From Bifidobacterium breve (lineage in GTDB: Bacteria > Actinomycetota > Acidimicrobiia > Acidimicrobiales > Ilumatobacteraceae): DNA of 39,220 nt. Below, in pieces: positions 35,717-39,220 of the stretch; the first letter of the stretch is position 1; each line of letters begins with the position of its first letter. The notes under the pieces were generated by a model. It saw only the letters and a program-made list of their open reading frames with translations, made no database searches and had not been told where the DNA came from. Both the position numbers and the translations under genes were made by a program. The stretch lies in assembly GCA_945889575.1 (NCBI GenBank), contig CAMDBY010000001.1, positions 1-39,220 on the forward strand. Direction: 5' to 3'.

Positions 35717-38120
35717 TAAGCGCTGCTGCTGCGGTCAACACTTTCCACGTGCTTGGCCCAACTCGTCCACTGACCGGCAAATTGACTCGTTTTTGAAATA
35801 GCTTCACGTCGTTTGCGAGTGCAGTAGTAAATATTCCAGTGGTTGTGATCTTCTTTTTCAATACTTTTGCAAGTGCTTGTTGCAATGATGAAACAGCAGG
35901 GTGACGTGATCCGACTGTAAGAACTGCAAGATCGATACGTCCTGCAAGCCCTAACGCATCCCATGTGGCTCTGTCTACGATGCCCGAAACTGGTAGAACA
36001 GAGGCAGTTTGAAAAGCCCTGACTGCACGTTCGGTGCCAGAGCCAAAGGCGCCATCTGTTGCGAGTCGGGATGTGCCTGCAAGATTCAGTGCGAGATTCA
36101 GTTTCTTTTGAACCACCTTGACCATGGCGCCGGCATTCTTTTTCGCAAGAGGGAGACCCAGCATCAGCGGTGCAACAGCAGCTGTTGTGGGCAGGGTGCC
36201 TGTAGGGCGCAATGCATCAAGCTGTTGACGCAAGAACAATGCAAACTCTGCTTGTCCTGTTGTCGACAAATGAACGAAACAACATAACGATTTGTTATCG
36301 AACCATCTCCATTGATTTGCTGCCGATGAAGCTGCATTCCAATCCAAGATGGTAATTCCGGGGTTCTTTTCCGCGGCTGCAGCCAAAACAGCATTTGACT
36401 TCGCATAATTTCGAGTTGTGGAGCGAGTGGACATGTTTATGAAAATCACACGTTGCACTGCCTTGGAAATGAGTGCCGCCAACATCTGCTGTACTTCACC
36501 GTCAAATGCTGCCGGATCATCGTTGTATCCCAATTCAACTATCGCTACGGCGGGTGCATCAAGTGTGTTGACAACACCAACCCCGTCGGACTTGATTTGC
36601 GGTGCAGCGACAGTGAAGAGACAGCCAGCGCCGGCCATGCCCCGCCCAGCACACGATTGGTAATTCATTACTGGATACGCCGGAGTGACAATTGCGGCGA
36701 ATTCAGTTGCAATGCTTTCGCCAACAGAGTCGCCGACAAACAATATTGAGCCGACAGGAGGAGATGCCGGATCAGCGGCGGTAACGGGAAACGCCGCATA
36801 CCACGGCGAATTCAAGTCGAAGTCAGTTCGGAACTGCCATCCAGTACGAGTGACCGAGCCAGCTGTCCCTGTGATGACTACTGAAGTGGTGTAACCGTTC
36901 CAGTCTCCACCAAGTCCGTCATGTGATGTAGTCATTGAGGTGAAAACACCGATAGCGGGAAATGCTTTTTGTAAATCAGCAGCAGACAAAAGTCGAGACC
37001 ACGATTGCAATGCTGCATCGGCTGCTACATCGCCATTATCGAACTGTGCGGGAAACTGTCCACCTGCTGTTCGTCCGCCATTTGAGGATGTGAATTCGGT
37101 GCGCATAATTGTGTTTCGCGAATCCTTGATGACATATCCGGTGGTATCAGCAATGGCTAGATCGGTACGTTTGTCTTCAATTACGCTTGCGGTTTTAGAA
37201 CCAACTGTTCGCAATCCGGCTCCGCCGTACACTTGACAATCTTCGGTATCACATGTTTTGGCATATGTGTACCGAGCCTCAGATAGTGAATAACTTCGGG
37301 CCGCAACTGACTGCGCGCGTAAGGCATTCATGCCAAGTCCGCCAGCTATGTCACCCCATCCGGCAGGAGACTCACGTGGCACTACACCTCGTAAGTATGA
37401 CTCGGCGTTGAGAAGGTTGACGGTTCGGCGATTACCCAAAATGTCGATTGTTGCTCGAATGCTCCCGCGGTAATAACGAATGCGGCCAGTCTTGTAGGTA
37501 GTGGACGGTGGCTCACATGCACCGAGCAGGTCTGTTGGTGCAATGGCGGTCAAAACTGAACCTTGAGCTGACACAAAATCGATAGGACCAGCAACGTTGT
37601 CGCCAATCAGTGTGAACCCTGTTGGATTATCGGTATCGGCCGCACACGTGGCAGTTGCGGTTCCATAAATGTCATACACATTGTTCGACACCATGCGAGC
37701 AACAAGCCCGCCGTATGCGCCAGCAGCACCTGCCCATGATGCAGTGATGTTGTCAGAGATGACGGCTGTAGGTCTTGCATCAAGAGTTTGCAGACGAACG
37801 CTCATGATGCCGCCTGGTGTCACAGCTGCATCCGCTTCAGTGAGTGTTGCAACAGTTCGACCGCTTCCGCCGTAATAGAAATTCAAAATGTCCTGCCACG
37901 ATGATCCGAGTTTCGTTGCCCAGCCGAGAGCACCGTATTGGCTGAGACCGCGGCCATGTCCGTTGCCATGGCCGCGAATTATGACACCGAGTGCAGGTAG
38001 TGAAAGAAGGGAGTCAGCACGAACAGCGGTACTTGGCACGGATGAGATAAGCGATGTAAGTAGCGATACAAACATCAGCAATATGCCGACACGGCGATGT
38101 GGTCTTGTCGGAGTTGCCAT
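35706..38120 (-). CDS. secreted SpoIID/LytB-domain protein fused to an SGNH-like domain and two PG_binding_1 domains
   Basis: 804 aa with a signal/TM segment. SpoIID motifs GHGNGHGRGLSQYGA, YLRGVVPRE...ALRAQSVAARSY, DCQVYGG and FTSSNGGRT. SGNH-like region at residues about 455-640 (FVGDSVG, ELGYNDD, CFVHLS). Two peptidoglycan-binding repeats (DGAFGSGTERAVRAFQ..., TGIFTTALANDVKLFQ...). Confidence 0.8.
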   Translation of the reverse strand: MATPTRPHRRVGILLMFVSLLTSLISSVPSTAVRADSLLSLPALGVIIRGHGNGHGRGLSQYGALGWATKLGSSWQDILNFYYGGSGRTVATLTEADAAVTPGGIMSVRLQTLDARPTAVISDNITASWAGAAGAYGGLVARMVSNNVYDIYGTATATCAADTDNPTGFTLIGDNVAGPIDFVSAQGSVLTAIAPTDLLGACEPPSTTYKTGRIRYYRGSIRATIDILGNRRTVNLLNAESYLRGVVPRESPAGWGDIAGGLGMNALRAQSVAARSYSLSEARYTYAKTCDTEDCQVYGGAGLRTVGSKTASVIEDKRTDLAIADTTGYVIKDSRNTIMRTEFTSSNGGRTAGGQFPAQFDNGDVAADAALQSWSRLLSAADLQKAFPAIGVFTSMTTSHDGLGGDWNGYTTSVVITGTAGSVTRTGWQFRTDFDLNSPWYAAFPVTAADPASPPVGSILFVGDSVGESIATEFAAIVTPAYPVMNYQSCAGRGMAGAGCLFTVAAPQIKSDGVGVVNTLDAPAVAIVELGYNDDPAAFDGEVQQMLAALISKAVQRVIFINMSTRSTTRNYAKSNAVLAAAAEKNPGITILDWNAASSAANQWRWFDNKSLCCFVHLSTTGQAEFALFLRQQLDALRPTGTLPTTAAVAPLMLGLPLAKKNAGAMVKVVQKKLNLALNLAGTSRLATDGAFGSGTERAVRAFQTASVLPVSGIVDRATWDALGLAGRIDLAVLTVGSRHPAVSSLQQALAKVLKKKITTTGIFTTALANDVKLFQKRVNLPVSGRVGPSTWKVLTAAAALTSP

Positions 38121-38131
38121 GAGATACCACG

Positions 38132-39028
38132 CTAGGTGGTCTCGACCACCTCATGGTGGCGGTCTGTCTCGTCTCGCTCTTGTACTGCAACGCCCGTTAA
38201 AACTAATGCCATTCCGAGAAGGTCAAGCATGCTGGGGGATTGATTCAGAAATACAAATCCAAAAATCGTGGCGCAGACGGGAAGCAACGCCAACATGACA
38301 GAAAAACGTCGAATTGGAATGCGACGAAGAGTGGCTTGATCAATTCCGTACCCAATGGCGTTTGACAGCAATCCAACGAGAATGCATCCGATCAATATTT
38401 TGCCGCTTGAAAATGCTGCACCCGCGTCACCTGCAGCAAATGGAGTGATAACTATGCCTCCGAAAAGCAAACCGAGCGCGAGGCCCGACACTCCTCTGTC
38501 CGCGAGTGCGACGCGCGAACCCATCACGATGTAGCCGGCCCACATGACTGAAGCAGCCAAGATGAAGACGAGTCCTAATGGTTCGTTGCCTAGTTCAACA
38601 CCACCTAAGACAATGACACCGACTGCGGCCGACAACAATGCAACTGTATTGCGCACCGAACGCGTGCGAAGCGCAGCGACGGTTATTGGTCCGATGAACT
38701 CAATGGTGACACCTTTACCCAGTGGAAGACGGTCAAGTGCTAAGTAAAAGAACAAGTTCATTAACGCAGTTGATGCACCGAACGCTGCCACCCAATACAG
38801 TTCGCGACGGCTCCAACGTCGGGGTGATTGTCGAAATGAAAACGCAAGTAAAATCAGCGATGCGCTCAGGACGCGTAGCCACGCAACAGTGGCAGGGGAA
38901 ATGTCGTCAAATAAATGAACCGCGATAATTGCGCCGGTGTATTGGGCAACCGCAGACAGTATGAAGAAAAGTTCAGGCGGTGCAGCGTTGAAAATACGAT
39001 CAGCGCGCAACCTCTCATATGAGGTCAC
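38132..39028 (-). CDS. EamA/DMT-family transporter
   Basis: 298 aa with about 10 hydrophobic helices arranged as two EamA-like halves. Confidence 0.75.
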   Translation of the reverse strand: MTSYERLRADRIFNAAPPELFFILSAVAQYTGAIIAVHLFDDISPATVAWLRVLSASLILLAFSFRQSPRRWSRRELYWVAAFGASTALMNLFFYLALDRLPLGKGVTIEFIGPITVAALRTRSVRNTVALLSAAVGVIVLGGVELGNEPLGLVFILAASVMWAGYIVMGSRVALADRGVSGLALGLLFGGIVITPFAAGDAGAAFSSGKILIGCILVGLLSNAIGYGIDQATLRRIPIRRFSVMLALLPVCATIFGFVFLNQSPSMLDLLGMALVLTGVAVQERDETDRHHEVVETT

Positions 39029-39044
39029 GAAAGACTGTCGCTAG

Positions 39045-39220
39045 TTAATCGAAAAGTTCAGGATCTGTGTGGCAAATCTCTTGCCAGAGTGGTTGGAAGT
39101 GTGCCCAACCTGTCATTGCGTTCCCTGCGTTTTCGCGCGTGTACACAGCTGAATCATGAGGGATGTGCTTCGGGGTGCCTGCTGCCATAGCTGCAAGTTG
39201 AGCCTGTGCGCACCGTTCGA
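39045..39220 (-). CDS. 3' end of an unidentified gene (truncated by the window edge)
   Basis: The reverse frame is open from the window edge to TAA (39047..39045). Translation: ...AAMAAGTPKHIPHDSAVYTRENAGNAMTGWAHFQPLWQEICHTDPELFD. The other frames carry stops. I recognise no family. Confidence 0.3.
   Translation of the reverse strand, partial: ERCAQAQLAAMAAGTPKHIPHDSAVYTRENAGNAMTGWAHFQPLWQEICHTDPELFD

Noticed and set aside
1-39220. Scan for CRISPR arrays, IS elements or transposases, integrases, phage genes, toxin-antitoxin pairs, reverse transcriptases and tRNA-derived att repeats
   Set aside because: None was recognised on either strand. The only tandem repeat is the 9-bp coding repeat at 25771..25839. 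This was an eye scan only, so degenerate repeats could have been missed.

Overview
This is a compact, gene-dense chromosomal segment of about 50 % GC, with actinobacterial gene content: an F420-type LLM oxidoreductase, glf-glfT2, a MoeZ-like enzyme, an actinobacterial-style SpoIID/LytB protein, and gltX followed by tRNA-Gln and tRNA-Glu. It most likely comes from an aquatic, rhodopsin-bearing member of the Actinomycetota.

Gene order:
- IclR regulator
- nadA-nadB-nadC
- ABC1 kinase and alpha/beta hydrolase
- greA, divergent from leuB-ilvE
- a DTE-motif proton-pumping rhodopsin with a perfect terminator
- two mini membrane ORFs and an SDR
- a leader region, then a citramalate-synthase-like gene
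- acyl-CoA dehydrogenase
- DUF2237
- gltX and DUF218
- tRNA-Gln
- enoyl-CoA hydratase and acyl-CoA dehydrogenase
- a pocket of small ORFs
- tRNA-Glu
- a membrane protein
- acyl-CoA synthetase
- a secreted metzincin coupled to a Thr/Ser-stalk lipoprotein
- uppP
- a GH4 glycosidase
- LLM oxidoreductase
- a secreted SGNH esterase
- a conserved hypothetical
- Sir2 deacylase
- a rhodanese-ThiF enzyme
- glf-glfT2
- a SpoIID-SGNH-PG-binding fusion
- an EamA transporter

I saw no CRISPR array, transposase, integrase, phage gene or recognisable defence gene.

The items most worth follow-up:
1. An Ile-codon leader peptide plus terminator upstream of the cimA-like gene.
2. The rhodopsin cassette and its unannotated small membrane ORFs.
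3. A tRNA-Gln whose CCA end lies one nucleotide from the next start codon.
4. A sub-60-aa pentapeptide-repeat ORF missing from the ORF track.
5. The metzincin/lipoprotein pair in a lower-GC block after tRNA-Glu.
6. The SpoIID-SGNH-PG-binding fusion.

I cannot demonstrate a single clear-cut novel multi-gene system from sequence alone. All functional calls rest on motif recognition by eye, not on database searches.
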